A stretch of DNA of 64,000 nt from Acutalibacteraceae bacterium (GCA_045545515.1 JAZQBA010000016.1:59785-123784), one strand, 5' to 3'. Counted from the first letter of the stretch, positions 8,879 to 17,523 are shown. Notes: generated from the sequence alone by a model not told the origin. Numbers and translations are program-made.

Positions 8879-10201
8879 ATGGTAAAAAAAATCCTGTCGC
8901 TTCTTTTGTGCCTGCTTCTTTTGAGTTCGGTGCTGACAGTGGGCGCCTACGAACCCACGGGGATTGATGTTTCGGCCAAAGCGGCCGTGGTCGCCTCCTT
9001 GGACACGGGCGAATTTCTGTACACCAAAAATATTGACGACAAGGTCTACCCCGCTTCGATTACCAAGATTATGACGGCGCTGCTCATTTTGGAACACCCC
9101 GATTTTCGGCCCGATGCGGTACTGACCATGACCGAAGACATCGACCGCTACGTTACGGGAACGGGGCTTGCCGTTTCCAACATTAAGGTCGGCGAACAGT
9201 TCACGGGACAAGACCTCATTTACCTCATTTTAATGCCCTCTTACGCCGACTGCACCTACCTGGGCGCCATTCAGTACGGCGGCAGTGTCGATGCCTTTGT
9301 GGCGCAGATGAACGCCCGCGCAAAAGAATTGGGACTGACCAACACCCACTACGGCAACCCCGTAGGTCTTCACGACGAGGAAACCTACACCACCGTGCGC
9401 GATACCTACACGCTCACCTGCCACGCGCTCAAAAACGAACTGTTTAAGACGGTGTGTGAAAGCAGCCGCTACAAAATGCCGGCCACCAACAAATCGGCCG
9501 AGCGCACCCTTTCGACCACCAACTTTTTACAGGACAACACCACCAATTATTTTTACACCTACGCCCACGGCGTAAAAACCGGTTTTACCAACCAGGCGGG
9601 GCGTTGCCTTGTAAGTACCGCCTCCTACAACGGCTACCGTTACATCTGCATTGTGATGAACTGTCCGTATAACCTCGGAAAACGCGTGGAGTTTATTCAA
9701 AGCAAGGAACTTTTCAAATGGGCTTTTAACAACTTCTCGTTCAAAGAAGTGGCCGATGCCAACAACCCCGTTTGCGAAATGCCGGTGGAACTCTCGTTGG
9801 ACACCGATTTCGTTCCGCTTTACATTAAGGACGGATTTGTTTCGGTGCTACCCAACGAAGCCGACACCTCGACCATAAAAATCGTGCCGAAGTTGAAGGG
9901 CGAATCGGTCGACGCACCGATTAAAAAAGGAACGGTACTCGGCACGGCCGACATCATCTACGCCGAACAGACCTTGGGCACGGTGGACCTGGTAGCGGGG
10001 AACGACGTTGAAGTCAGCCAACTGCTCGTTATTCTTCGTTCGGTAAAGCGCATCTTCTCGTCCTCTTATATGAAGATCGTTTATCTTTTGCTCGGCGTGG
10101 CCGTACTCGTCTTTATCGCGTCGGTCATCTACCTCAACGCCGGACGGCGTAAAAAGCGCAAAGTACGCTATATCCCCTACGACAAAAACCAAGACCAATA
10201 A
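8879..10201 (+). CDS. D-alanyl-D-alanine carboxypeptidase (PBP5/DacB-like, class A low-MW PBP)
   Basis: Signal peptide, SxxK (PASITK), KTG (GVKTGFT) and a C-terminal TM anchor. The SxN position reads S-Y-A (see findings). Confidence 0.85.
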   Translation: MVKKILSLLLCLLLLSSVLTVGAYEPTGIDVSAKAAVVASLDTGEFLYTKNIDDKVYPASITKIMTALLILEHPDFRPDAVLTMTEDIDRYVTGTGLAVSNIKVGEQFTGQDLIYLILMPSYADCTYLGAIQYGGSVDAFVAQMNARAKELGLTNTHYGNPVGLHDEETYTTVRDTYTLTCHALKNELFKTVCESSRYKMPATNKSAERTLSTTNFLQDNTTNYFYTYAHGVKTGFTNQAGRCLVSTASYNGYRYICIVMNCPYNLGKRVEFIQSKELFKWAFNNFSFKEVADANNPVCEMPVELSLDTDFVPLYIKDGFVSVLPNEADTSTIKIVPKLKGESVDAPIKKGTVLGTADIIYAEQTLGTVDLVAGNDVEVSQLLVILRSVKRIFSSSYMKIVYLLLGVAVLVFIASVIYLNAGRRKKRKVRYIPYDKNQDQ

Positions 10202-10205
10202 CAAA

Positions 10206-10235
10206 AAGCGTTATCCGTTTGGATAACGCTTTTTT
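10206..10235. terminator. Bidirectional terminator
   Basis: aagcgttatcc-gttt-ggataacgctt 11-bp stem flanked by an A-run and a T-run. Confidence 0.85.
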
Positions 10236-10237
10236 CA

Positions 10238-11977
10238 TTAAAGTGCATATTTTTCTGCGTAGTGTAAAAACTTTTGCTCGAAAAGGTCGCCCTTTTTGAT
10301 GTTGCGCAAGGACTGGTGAATATTCATATTGTTTTCCATCGCATCCATCACGCAAACCGCCAGGTTTGAACAATGGTCGGCCGTTCTTTCCAGATTGGTC
10401 AAGAGGTCTGCCCACACGAAACCGACCTCGATCGAGCATTCGCCCTGTTGCATACGCTTGATGTGCGCGTCACGCAACTGTGCGCGAAGTCCATCAATCA
10501 CCTGTTCGAGCGGTTCGACCTGTTCGGCCGCCGCCCGATCGTTTTCAACAAACGCTTTATAAGAAAGAGTTAAAACTTCGGATACGGCCGAACAGAGAAC
10601 AGCGAGTTCCTTTTTGCCCGATTCCGTAAACACGACACCCTTTTCGCGCAGTTCCTCCACCGATTCGAGAACGTTAATACTGTGGTCGGAAATACGTTCA
10701 AAATCCCCGATTGCCTTTAAGAGTTTGGAAACCTCGGCGCTATCCGCGTCACTGATTTGATTACGGCTCAACTTAACAAGATAGGTGCCCAGAACGTCCT
10801 CGTAACGGTCGGCCTTGGTTTCGCTTTTACGAATTTCCTCGGCCGAGGCGGGATCGTATTTTTCAATCATATTCAGACTATTCTTAAAGGCGGTAATCGA
10901 AAACTCGGCCATTTCGCGAACCAACTCGTTACAACGTTCAAGTGCAACCGGCGGGGTGACCAGCAAACGCTCGTCCAACATAATATCCTCGTCCTTTTCT
11001 TTACTTTCGGGAACGAGTTTAATCGCCAGTTTTTCCAAGAGCGAAGACATCGGCAACAGAAGCGCCGTACACAACACGTTAAAGACCGAGTGCGCCACGG
11101 CAATGCCGAAATAGGAAGCCGCCGTATCCAAGAAAGCGGGTTTCAAAAGATACGAAATCAAACTAAAGATCGTCAACCATGCAACCGTGCCAATCACGTT
11201 AAAGGAAAGGTGAACCACGGCGGCGCGTTTGGCGTTTTTATTGGTGCCGAACGAAGAAAGAAGCGCCGTGACACACGTGCCGATATTCTGGCCCATAATA
11301 ATCGGAATCACGGCCGCATAGGATACCTGCCCCGTAGAGGACAGTGCCTGCAGAATACCGACCGAAGCCGAACTCGACTGAATGACCGCCGTCAATATCG
11401 CGCCGACCAACACGCCGAGAACCGGGTTTTTGAAGAGCAGGAAGAGGTTTCGGAACGCCTCCACCTCGGCCAAGCCGGAAACGGCATCGGACATAGCATC
11501 CATACCGAACATCAAGGTTGTAAAACCCAACAGAATGGTACCCGTATCCTTTCTCTTGCTCGATTTGGCAAACATCAAAAGAGCGGTACCCACAAGCGCC
11601 AGAACCGGCGTAAAAGAAGTGGGCTTTAGCAGTTGCATAAAGAGATTGTCACTGGAAATGCCGCCCAAACTTAATATCCAGGCCGTAACGGTCGTGCCGA
11701 TGTTGGCACCCATAATGACCCCAATGGATTGTTTGAGCGTCATAATTCCCGAGTTGACAAAACCAACGACCATAACGGTGGTGGCCGAAGAACTCTGAAT
11801 AACAGCCGTAACCCCAAGACCGGTTAAAAAGCCTACGATCTTATTTTTTGTCAGACGGGCGAGGATTTTTTTGAGACTCCCCCCTGCGCGACGTTCCAAC
11901 GCGTCGCCCATCACGTTCATACCAAACAGGAATAAACTAAGGCCCCCTACCAGGGCTAAAACGTCAAAAATATTCAT
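10238..11977 (-). CDS. Na/Pi cotransporter family protein with C-terminal PhoU-like domain
   Basis: Repeated TAVIQSSSA(T/S)(T/V) motifs of Na_Pi_cotrans plus a helical PhoU-like C-terminus. Start ATG 11977 with AAGGAGA RBS. Confidence 0.88.
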   Translation of the reverse strand: MNIFDVLALVGGLSLFLFGMNVMGDALERRAGGSLKKILARLTKNKIVGFLTGLGVTAVIQSSSATTVMVVGFVNSGIMTLKQSIGVIMGANIGTTVTAWILSLGGISSDNLFMQLLKPTSFTPVLALVGTALLMFAKSSKRKDTGTILLGFTTLMFGMDAMSDAVSGLAEVEAFRNLFLLFKNPVLGVLVGAILTAVIQSSSASVGILQALSSTGQVSYAAVIPIIMGQNIGTCVTALLSSFGTNKNAKRAAVVHLSFNVIGTVAWLTIFSLISYLLKPAFLDTAASYFGIAVAHSVFNVLCTALLLPMSSLLEKLAIKLVPESKEKDEDIMLDERLLVTPPVALERCNELVREMAEFSITAFKNSLNMIEKYDPASAEEIRKSETKADRYEDVLGTYLVKLSRNQISDADSAEVSKLLKAIGDFERISDHSINVLESVEELREKGVVFTESGKKELAVLCSAVSEVLTLSYKAFVENDRAAAEQVEPLEQVIDGLRAQLRDAHIKRMQQGECSIEVGFVWADLLTNLERTADHCSNLAVCVMDAMENNMNIHQSLRNIKKGDLFEQKFLHYAEKYAL

Positions 11978-12102
11978 TCGGTTTTCTCCTTTTGTTTGCC
12001 GCTTCACTATTAATATAATCAAACGAGGCACTTTTATGAAGAAGCCTCATAAATTCAGTAGGTTTCCTCGTGATTTACTTGGCACTTGCCAAAAATTCTT
12101 GA

Positions 12103-12131
12103 TTGAAATTCCCCTTTATCTATGTTAATAT
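12103..12131 (+). promoter_or_regulatory. Candidate promoter for the flavodiiron/rubredoxin operon
   Basis: TTGAAA-17 nt-TAATAT with a TGt extended -10. Confidence 0.45.
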
Positions 12132-12154
12132 AATAGCGAAACAAGAGGTGACCT

Positions 12155-13309
12155 ATGATGATAACAAAAGATATTCGCTATATTGGTGTCAACGACCACC
12201 AAATCGACCTGTTTGAAGGTCAATACATTGTTCCTAACGGTATGGCCTACAACTCCTACGCGATTCTGGACGAAAAAACGGCTGTTCTCGACACGGTGGA
12301 TCGAGCGTTCGGCGCGGAATGGTTTGCAAACATTGAAACTTTACTCGGCGGCAAAACGCCCGATTATCTCATCGTTTCGCACATGGAACCCGACCATTCG
12401 GCCAACATTCTCCGGTTTGCCGAAAAGTATCCCGCGTCCACCATTGTGGCGTCGAGCAAAGCCTTTACGATGTGCAAAAACTTCTTCGGTACCGATTTTG
12501 ACGGGCGAAGAATGGTTGTCGGCGAGGGTGATACGCTCACGCTCGGTCAACATACGCTTCAATTCATCACCGCCCCGATGGTACACTGGCCCGAGGTGCT
12601 GATGACCTACGACCGCACCGACAAGGTGCTCTTCTCGGCCGACGGGTTCGGCAAGTTCGGCGCGCTTGATGCGGAAGAAGACTGGGCCTGTGAAGCGCGG
12701 CGGTATTACTTTGGCATCGTCGGTAAATACGGTGCGCAGGTACAAGCCGTTCTCAAAAAAGCGGCGGCGTTGGATCTTGAAATCATCTGCCCGTTGCACG
12801 GTCCCATTCTGAAAGAAAATATCGGGTATTATGTAAACCTATATGACGTGTGGTCGAGTTACACCCCCGAAGAAGAAGGCGTCATGATTGCATATACGTC
12901 GGTTTACGGGCATACTAAAAAAGCGGTGGAATTCTTGGCAGAAGAATTGTTGCAAAAAGGCGCAAAGAAGGTTGTGGTCAACGACCTGGCGCGAAGCGAT
13001 ATGGCCGAGGTTGTGGAAGATGCGTTCCGTTATTCGAAACTCGTTCTTGCCACCACCACCTACAACAACGATATTTTCCCCTATATGCGTTCGTTTATCG
13101 ATCATCTGACCGAGCGCGGTTTCAAGAACCGCACGGTGGCCTTTATCGAAAACGGCAGTTGGGCCCCCAACGCCGCCAAGGTGATGAAAGGAATGCTGGA
13201 AAAGAGCGTGAACCTTACCCTTTGCGAAACGCCGGTAAAAATTCTTTCGGCGATGAGCGAAGAAAACAAACAACAACTCTCGTCGTTAGCCGATGAGCTT
13301 GTAAAATAA
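12155..13309 (+). CDS. FprA-type flavodiiron protein (metallo-beta-lactamase fold plus flavodoxin domain)
   Basis: [10 protein letters not shown] di-iron motif, a WPEVxxTYD-type segment and a C-terminal flavodoxin-like half. 384 aa. Confidence 0.88.
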   Translation: MMITKDIRYIGVNDHQIDLFEGQYIVPNGMAYNSYAILDEKTAVLDTVDRAFGAEWFANIETLLGGKTPDYLIVSHMEPDHSANILRFAEKYPASTIVASSKAFTMCKNFFGTDFDGRRMVVGEGDTLTLGQHTLQFITAPMVHWPEVLMTYDRTDKVLFSADGFGKFGALDAEEDWACEARRYYFGIVGKYGAQVQAVLKKAAALDLEIICPLHGPILKENIGYYVNLYDVWSSYTPEEEGVMIAYTSVYGHTKKAVEFLAEELLQKGAKKVVVNDLARSDMAEVVEDAFRYSKLVLATTTYNNDIFPYMRSFIDHLTERGFKNRTVAFIENGSWAPNAAKVMKGMLEKSVNLTLCETPVKILSAMSEENKQQLSSLADELVK

Positions 13310-13326
13310 AATCGGAGGTAATCCTT

Positions 13327-13485
13327 ATGAAAAAGTATGTATGTAACGTTTGCGGTTGGACCTATGACGAAGCCGAGGGCGCACCCGAGTACGGCATTGC
13401 ACCCGGCACCAAGTTCGAGGACCTTCCCGAAGATTTTGTCTGCCCCCTGTGCGGTGTAGACAAGGACAATTTCAGCGAAGAATAA
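13327..13485 (+). CDS. Rubredoxin (52 aa, absent from the ORF track)
   Basis: [15 protein letters not shown]...FVCPLCGV has two CxxCG knuckles. GGAGG lies 8 nt upstream. TAA at 13483-13485. Read directly from the sequence. Confidence 0.92.
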   Translation: MKKYVCNVCGWTYDEAEGAPEYGIAPGTKFEDLPEDFVCPLCGVDKDNFSEE

Positions 13486-13490
13486 TAAAA

Positions 13491-13523
13491 AAGAAGACTC
13501 GTCACAGACGAGTCTTCTTTTTT
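13491..13523. terminator. Bidirectional terminator
   Basis: aagaagactcgtc-aca-gacgagtcttctt 13-bp stem with an A-run before and a T-run after. Confidence 0.9.
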
Positions 13524-13524
13524 A

Positions 13525-14067
13525 TTACGAAACCTCTTCAATTTTTACAGTATATCCTAAAACCTCACCAACCGATGTAACCTTACCTTTGATGGTTACC
13601 GTGTCCCCGGTATTCTTTTCCAATAAATAATTCAACTGATCATCATTTTTGATCTTGCACATTACCGTTTCAAAATTCCATTCATCCGCATTCACCGGTT
13701 CAATGGAAATGTAATCGCCGTCACTATCAAAATTCGTGATATTTCCCACGATTTCAACGTTTTTATTCTGATAAGTTTTCTCGGCCTTTAATGCGTTTGC
13801 CTTCAAGTCATCCATCATCGTTTGGAGATCTGTTTTTTCATAAACAGTTGCTTCTACCTTACTTGAGGTGGACTCCTGTTTGGGATTATCCCCATTTGTT
13901 GCGGTATCATCTCCACCACCCGAAGTGGCTACAGCAATTACAACAACACCAACTACAACCCAAAACCACCATTTCTTATACAAAGGTTTTTTCTTGAGAA
14001 CCTTTCCGCAGTTGGCGCACACCTTTGCGCCCTCCTCTACTTCTTTTCCGCATTTTTTGCAAATCAT
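13525..14067 (-). CDS. Zinc-ribbon / TM / OB-fold-like (tRNA_anti-like) membrane protein
   Basis: N-terminal CKKCG...CANCG zinc ribbon, one TM (WWFWVVVGVVVIAVA), then an external ~110-aa beta-rich domain. Confidence 0.6.
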   Translation of the reverse strand: MICKKCGKEVEEGAKVCANCGKVLKKKPLYKKWWFWVVVGVVVIAVATSGGGDDTATNGDNPKQESTSSKVEATVYEKTDLQTMMDDLKANALKAEKTYQNKNVEIVGNITNFDSDGDYISIEPVNADEWNFETVMCKIKNDDQLNYLLEKNTGDTVTIKGKVTSVGEVLGYTVKIEEVS

Positions 14068-14089
14068 TTTCTTCCCTCTTTCTGATTTT

Positions 14090-14111
14090 TTTGCACTTGT
14101 ATAGGTGCAAA
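14090..14111. promoter_or_regulatory. Inverted repeat, candidate XRE operator overlapping the -35 of the XRE promoter
   Basis: TTTGCAC-8 nt-GTGCAAA. A further GTGCAAA half-site lies at 14163-14169. TATAAT at 14130-14135. Confidence 0.45.
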
Positions 14112-14181
14112 GAAATTATATCATCCACATATAATAATGTCAAGGCTTTTGTTCTTAAATAAGTGCAAAGAGGGTTTTGAC

Positions 14182-14418
14182 ATGAATATTGAAACAGAAA
14201 AAATAATCGGACAAAATATCAGAAGATTAAGAGAACAAGCAAAGTTAACACAGGAAATGCTCTCGGCAAGACTTCAAATCGAGGGGTGCGATATCACAAG
14301 AAGCGCCCTTGCCAAAATTGAGGTTGGACAAAGGCATTTATATCCCGATGAAATTATCCTGTTGAAAAAAATCTTAAAAGTTTCTTTTGAGGAAATTTTT
14401 GATACCGACAATTTATAG
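14182..14418 (+). CDS. XRE family helix-turn-helix transcriptional regulator
   Basis: IGQNIRRLREQAKLTQEMLSARL...ALAKIEVGQR HTH_3 pattern. Start set to ATG 14182 (AGAGGG RBS). Confidence 0.85.
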   Translation: MNIETEKIIGQNIRRLREQAKLTQEMLSARLQIEGCDITRSALAKIEVGQRHLYPDEIILLKKILKVSFEEIFDTDNL

Positions 14419-14430
14419 GTTTTCATCAAA

Positions 14431-14464
14431 AAAGACGGACAGTTTTCACTGTCCGTCTTTTTTT
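14431..14464. terminator. Bidirectional terminator
   Basis: aaagacggacag-ttttca-ctgtccgtcttt 12-bp stem with a T-run after it. Confidence 0.88.
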
Positions 14465-15554
14465 ATGGGTTCAAAACCGAAAGAATCCGCTCGGCTACGC
14501 GGTCCCAGGAATAGGTTTCGCGATAATGCGCGCGTTCATTTTTCAACGCTTGGGCCATTTTTTCGCCGTTTTGCAAGAGTTTTTCCATCGCGTCGGCAAG
14601 TTGAGCGGCATCGTTCTTTTCGATCAAATATCCGTTTTTGCCGCTCTTGATAAACTCGGGCATTGCAAAACAGTTTTTCCCGATACAAGGCAATCCGAAG
14701 GTCAACGCCTCTAAAAAGACCAGACCGTACGCCTCGAAATTCGAGGGCATAACAAAATAGTCGCAGGCATTGTACCAATCAGCCAATTCGCGTTGGGAAA
14801 GGTTTCCCAAAAAGGTGATCCCCTGTTGTCCTTTGATACTTTTCGGGGCCTTGGTCGGTCCCGCGATATAAAGTTCGATATTCTTTTTATGAACGCGCTT
14901 TTGAAGTTCTTGGAACGCAGCCACAACCAGGTCGCCGTTTTTTCGTTCCCAACTTTTTCCGACAAACAAAAATTTGTTGCCGCACTTAAAAGAATCGTCG
15001 ATTAGCGCGGGGTCCAACGAGCAACCGCCGCCAACGTAGTGAACCTTATCGGGCGAAAGTCCCGTGTTTTGAATCAGGTCTTCTCGGAGCCACTCGGACA
15101 TTGTGAACACGCCGCCGCAATCCCGATAAAACTTTCGGGCGTTCTTTCTTTTGGCGCCAAGACTCCAGCCGAACAAAATCCGCTCAAAGGCCGATAAATA
15201 GGCGTATCCTCCGTCTTCTTTCCGCAACTGTCGGTACAGAAAATCGACCGATAGATCCTGATAGCAATAGGTCTGCCCCGTCGCTTGGGACCGATATTCC
15301 CCAAAACAAAGATAACGGTCGTTTGGGTGTTGCGCGCTGTCAACATTTAGAATTTTTCGCGCGGTGCGGTATTCTTTTTTCGGGCTCAAAAGGGACCGCG
15401 CGGCGGCGCCGATGCGCGTTTTCGGACAAGATGCCACCTGTAAAGTCCGTATATCCGCCCTTTTTTTGAGCGCACTCAACAGACCGTTCGGGGTGCCCGA
15501 CCAGGCCGTTGTGTTATCACTGCTCCACGAATATAAAAAGGTAATGTTGGACAC
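14463..15554 (-). CDS. Glycosyltransferase family 4 (GT-B, Glycos_transf_1)
   Basis: C-terminal E-x7-E region (MPSNFEAYGLVFLEALTFGLP). Preferred start is GTG 15554 (AAGGGGGG 8 nt upstream). The ORF-track ATG 15578 has no RBS. Confidence 0.82.
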   Translation of the reverse strand: MSNITFLYSWSSDNTTAWSGTPNGLLSALKKRADIRTLQVASCPKTRIGAAARSLLSPKKEYRTARKILNVDSAQHPNDRYLCFGEYRSQATGQTYCYQDLSVDFLYRQLRKEDGGYAYLSAFERILFGWSLGAKRKNARKFYRDCGGVFTMSEWLREDLIQNTGLSPDKVHYVGGGCSLDPALIDDSFKCGNKFLFVGKSWERKNGDLVVAAFQELQKRVHKKNIELYIAGPTKAPKSIKGQQGITFLGNLSQRELADWYNACDYFVMPSNFEAYGLVFLEALTFGLPCIGKNCFAMPEFIKSGKNGYLIEKNDAAQLADAMEKLLQNGEKMAQALKNERAHYRETYSWDRVAERILSVLNP

Positions 15555-15595
15555 TTGCTTCGCCCCCCTTAAAATCATTTTTTACATTTAAGATT

Positions 15596-16081
15596 CTAAT
15601 CCATATACGTTTTAACGGTTTTCCACGCCTCAATAAGCCTATCCAAATTCCAACCGGCATTCGCAGGCGAGGTTGACGGCAGGCAAACCGCATTTCTTCC
15701 GATGGTGTCACGGATATATTGATTGTAATATTTTTCGGCCGTTTTGCCATTAACGAAAATCTGTTTAATATTCGCTTTCTTTAAAATTTCCGAAAGGTCA
15801 TTTGCAACAACATTTTTAATGGAACTGTCCGAACTGCCGGTAATATCACAAGAAGCGATCACATCCCACAAGGCAATGTGTTTTGTATATAAAAAGTTTC
15901 TTTTTTCTTCGATAGACTCCGGTGTATGAACATCCATAACGGCAGAAATCACCTTCCAAAATCTATTCTGCGGATGACCGTAAAAAAACATCTGCTCACG
16001 TGATTTCACGGATGGAAAACTGCCGAGAATAAGCACTTTCGCGTTTTCGTCATACAAAGGTGGAATGGGGTGTTGTAACAT
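15596..16081 (-). CDS. Uracil-DNA glycosylase superfamily protein, DNA-deoxyinosine (hypoxanthine) glycosylase type
   Basis: LILGSFPSVKSRE...FYGHPQNRFW N-terminal motif and LPSTSPAN near the C-terminus. Confidence 0.75.
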   Translation of the reverse strand: MLQHPIPPLYDENAKVLILGSFPSVKSREQMFFYGHPQNRFWKVISAVMDVHTPESIEEKRNFLYTKHIALWDVIASCDITGSSDSSIKNVVANDLSEILKKANIKQIFVNGKTAEKYYNQYIRDTIGRNAVCLPSTSPANAGWNLDRLIEAWKTVKTYMD

Positions 16082-16120
16082 AAATATCGGTAATCCTTTA
16101 AATTCCGTTTTATTATTTAG

Positions 16121-16149
16121 ATTATAACATAAATGTTATTTATAATCAA
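16121..16149 (-). promoter_or_regulatory. Sigma-A type promoter for the glycosylase/GT4 pair
   Basis: Minus strand reads TTGATT-17 nt-TATAAT with a TGt extended -10. The region is nearly palindromic (see findings). Confidence 0.6.
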
Positions 16150-16150
16150 C

Positions 16151-16300
16151 GCTTTGCGAAGCAAAGCATCCGAAGGGATTTTTTCCGCGCACTGCCGTGC
16201 ACTTTCGCCTCGCTGCCGCTCGTTGCCCACGGGCTTTGCAACCGTTCCCCGAAAGGTTGCAATTTGCCTTCGGCAAACCGCCCTTGTTCGAATCCCTTCG
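16151..16300. other. GC-rich multi-hairpin element of unknown function (possible sRNA or integration scar)
   Basis: 10-bp closing helix CGAAGGGATT (16171-80) / AATCCCTTCG (16291-300) encloses hairpins gcac-tgcc-gtgc, tgcaacc-11nt-ggttgca and tttgcc-ttc-ggcaaa. A further hairpin gctttgc-gaa-gcaaagc precedes it. Confidence 0.4.
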
Positions 16301-16305
16301 TTATC

Positions 16306-16346
16306 TAAAAAAATTATTAAGGGGCAGTATCTTTCGATACTGCCCC
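16306..16346 (-). terminator. Terminator after tRNA-Arg
   Basis: ggggcagtat-ctttcg-atactgcccc 10-bp stem. The minus strand continues TTAATAATTTTTTT. Confidence 0.8.
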
Positions 16347-16354
16347 TTAATAAT

Positions 16355-16431
16355 TGGCCCGCCCGAAGGGATTCGAACCCCCGTTCTTCAGAATCGGAAT
16401 CTGCTGCGTTATCCAGCTGCGCCACAGGCGG
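16355..16431 (-). tRNA. tRNA-Arg, anticodon CCG, CCA encoded
   Basis: Hand-folded cloverleaf. Acceptor CCGCCTG/CGGGCGG (one G-U). D-arm GCGC-AGCTGGATA-ACGC. Anticodon loop TTCCGAT. 5-nt variable loop. T-arm GGGGG-TTCGAAT-CCCTT. Discriminator G. 77 nt. Confidence 0.9.
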
Positions 16432-16472
16432 ATAAAGGGCCGCCGCCCAATCGGGCAGCGGCGTTTGTTTTC

Positions 16473-17486
16473 TTATTCTTCAAAGCCGTTGGGATTGTTT
16501 TTCTGCCAACGCCAGGTGTCTTCACACATTTCTTCAATGTCGCGCTCGGTCTTCCAACCAAGAAGATTCAACGCCTTGGAAGCATCGGCATAAACTTCAC
16601 CCAAGTCGCCCGGACGGCGCGGATCGACAACGTACGGAACGTCAATACCCGAAGCCTTTACAAAAGCGTCTCTCAACTGCAGAACGCTCGTGCCGTTACC
16701 GGTGCCGAGGTTGATCTCCTCGCAACCCTTGGATTTGAGCGACCATTCCACCGCCTTGACGTGACCCAAAGCCAGGTCGACAACGTGGATATAATCGCGC
16801 ACACCCGTGCCGTCCACGGTGTCGTAATCGTCACCGAAAACGTGCAGTTCTTTCAGTTTGCCAACGGCAACCTGCGAAATATAGGGCATTAAGTTATTCG
16901 GAATTCCCTTGGGATTTTCGCCGATCAGGCCGCTCTTGTGCGCACCGATGGGGTTGAAGTAGCGCAACAGGGCAATCGACCAATCTTTATCCGAAACGTA
17001 CAGATCGCGGAAAATTTCCTCGATAAAGAGTTTGGTTCTGCCATAGGGGTTGATCGCGCCCGTGGGCATACCCTCTTTCAGCGGCATTTCGGTGGCAACA
17101 CCGTAAACGGTGGCCGAAGACGAGAATACGATCTTCTTGACGTTAAACTCGGTCATCGTTTCAACCAGCGTGAGAGTGCTCTCGAGGTTGTTGGAATAGT
17201 AGAGAATCGGCTTCTGTACCGACTCGCCAACCGCCTTTAAGCCGGCAAAATGAATAACCGCTTCAATCTCGTTCTCGCGGAAGATCTGGCGCAAAGCCTC
17301 GCGGTCGCGCAGGTCTTTCTCATAAAAACGAACCTTTTTTCCCGTGATTTTCTCCACGCGGTTGAGCGATTCGCTGCAGGAATTGTCGAGGTTGTCGACA
17401 ACCACAACGTCGTACCCTGCGTTGAGCATTTCCACACAAGTATGGCTACCGATATAACCGGCGCCGCCTGTTACTAAAATGGACAT
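16473..17486 (-). CDS. galE: UDP-glucose 4-epimerase
   Basis: N-terminal VTGGAGYIGSH Rossmann motif, catalytic YGRTK, full-length similarity to GalE (337 aa). Confidence 0.93.
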   Translation of the reverse strand: MSILVTGGAGYIGSHTCVEMLNAGYDVVVVDNLDNSCSESLNRVEKITGKKVRFYEKDLRDREALRQIFRENEIEAVIHFAGLKAVGESVQKPILYYSNNLESTLTLVETMTEFNVKKIVFSSSATVYGVATEMPLKEGMPTGAINPYGRTKLFIEEIFRDLYVSDKDWSIALLRYFNPIGAHKSGLIGENPKGIPNNLMPYISQVAVGKLKELHVFGDDYDTVDGTGVRDYIHVVDLALGHVKAVEWSLKSKGCEEINLGTGNGTSVLQLRDAFVKASGIDVPYVVDPRRPGDLGEVYADASKALNLLGWKTERDIEEMCEDTWRWQKNNPNGFEE

Positions 17487-17523
17487 ATATATACCCCCTG
17501 AAAATTAAAAATATATCATAATT

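Noticed and set aside
16225-16305. Possible second (plus-strand) tRNA or tRNA pseudogene, suggested by GTTCGAATCCCTTCG.
   Set aside because: The flanks cannot form a T-stem, acceptor stem or anticodon arm. Only a 15-nt fragment matches. It is treated as a repeat or scar instead.
16117-16892. ORFs 16117-16425(-), 16133-16435(+), 16197-16892(+) and 16354-16593(+).
   Set aside because: They run through the tRNA-Arg gene, its terminator, the hairpin element and antisense galE. The translations are Arg/Pro/Ala-rich artefacts of GC-rich structured DNA.
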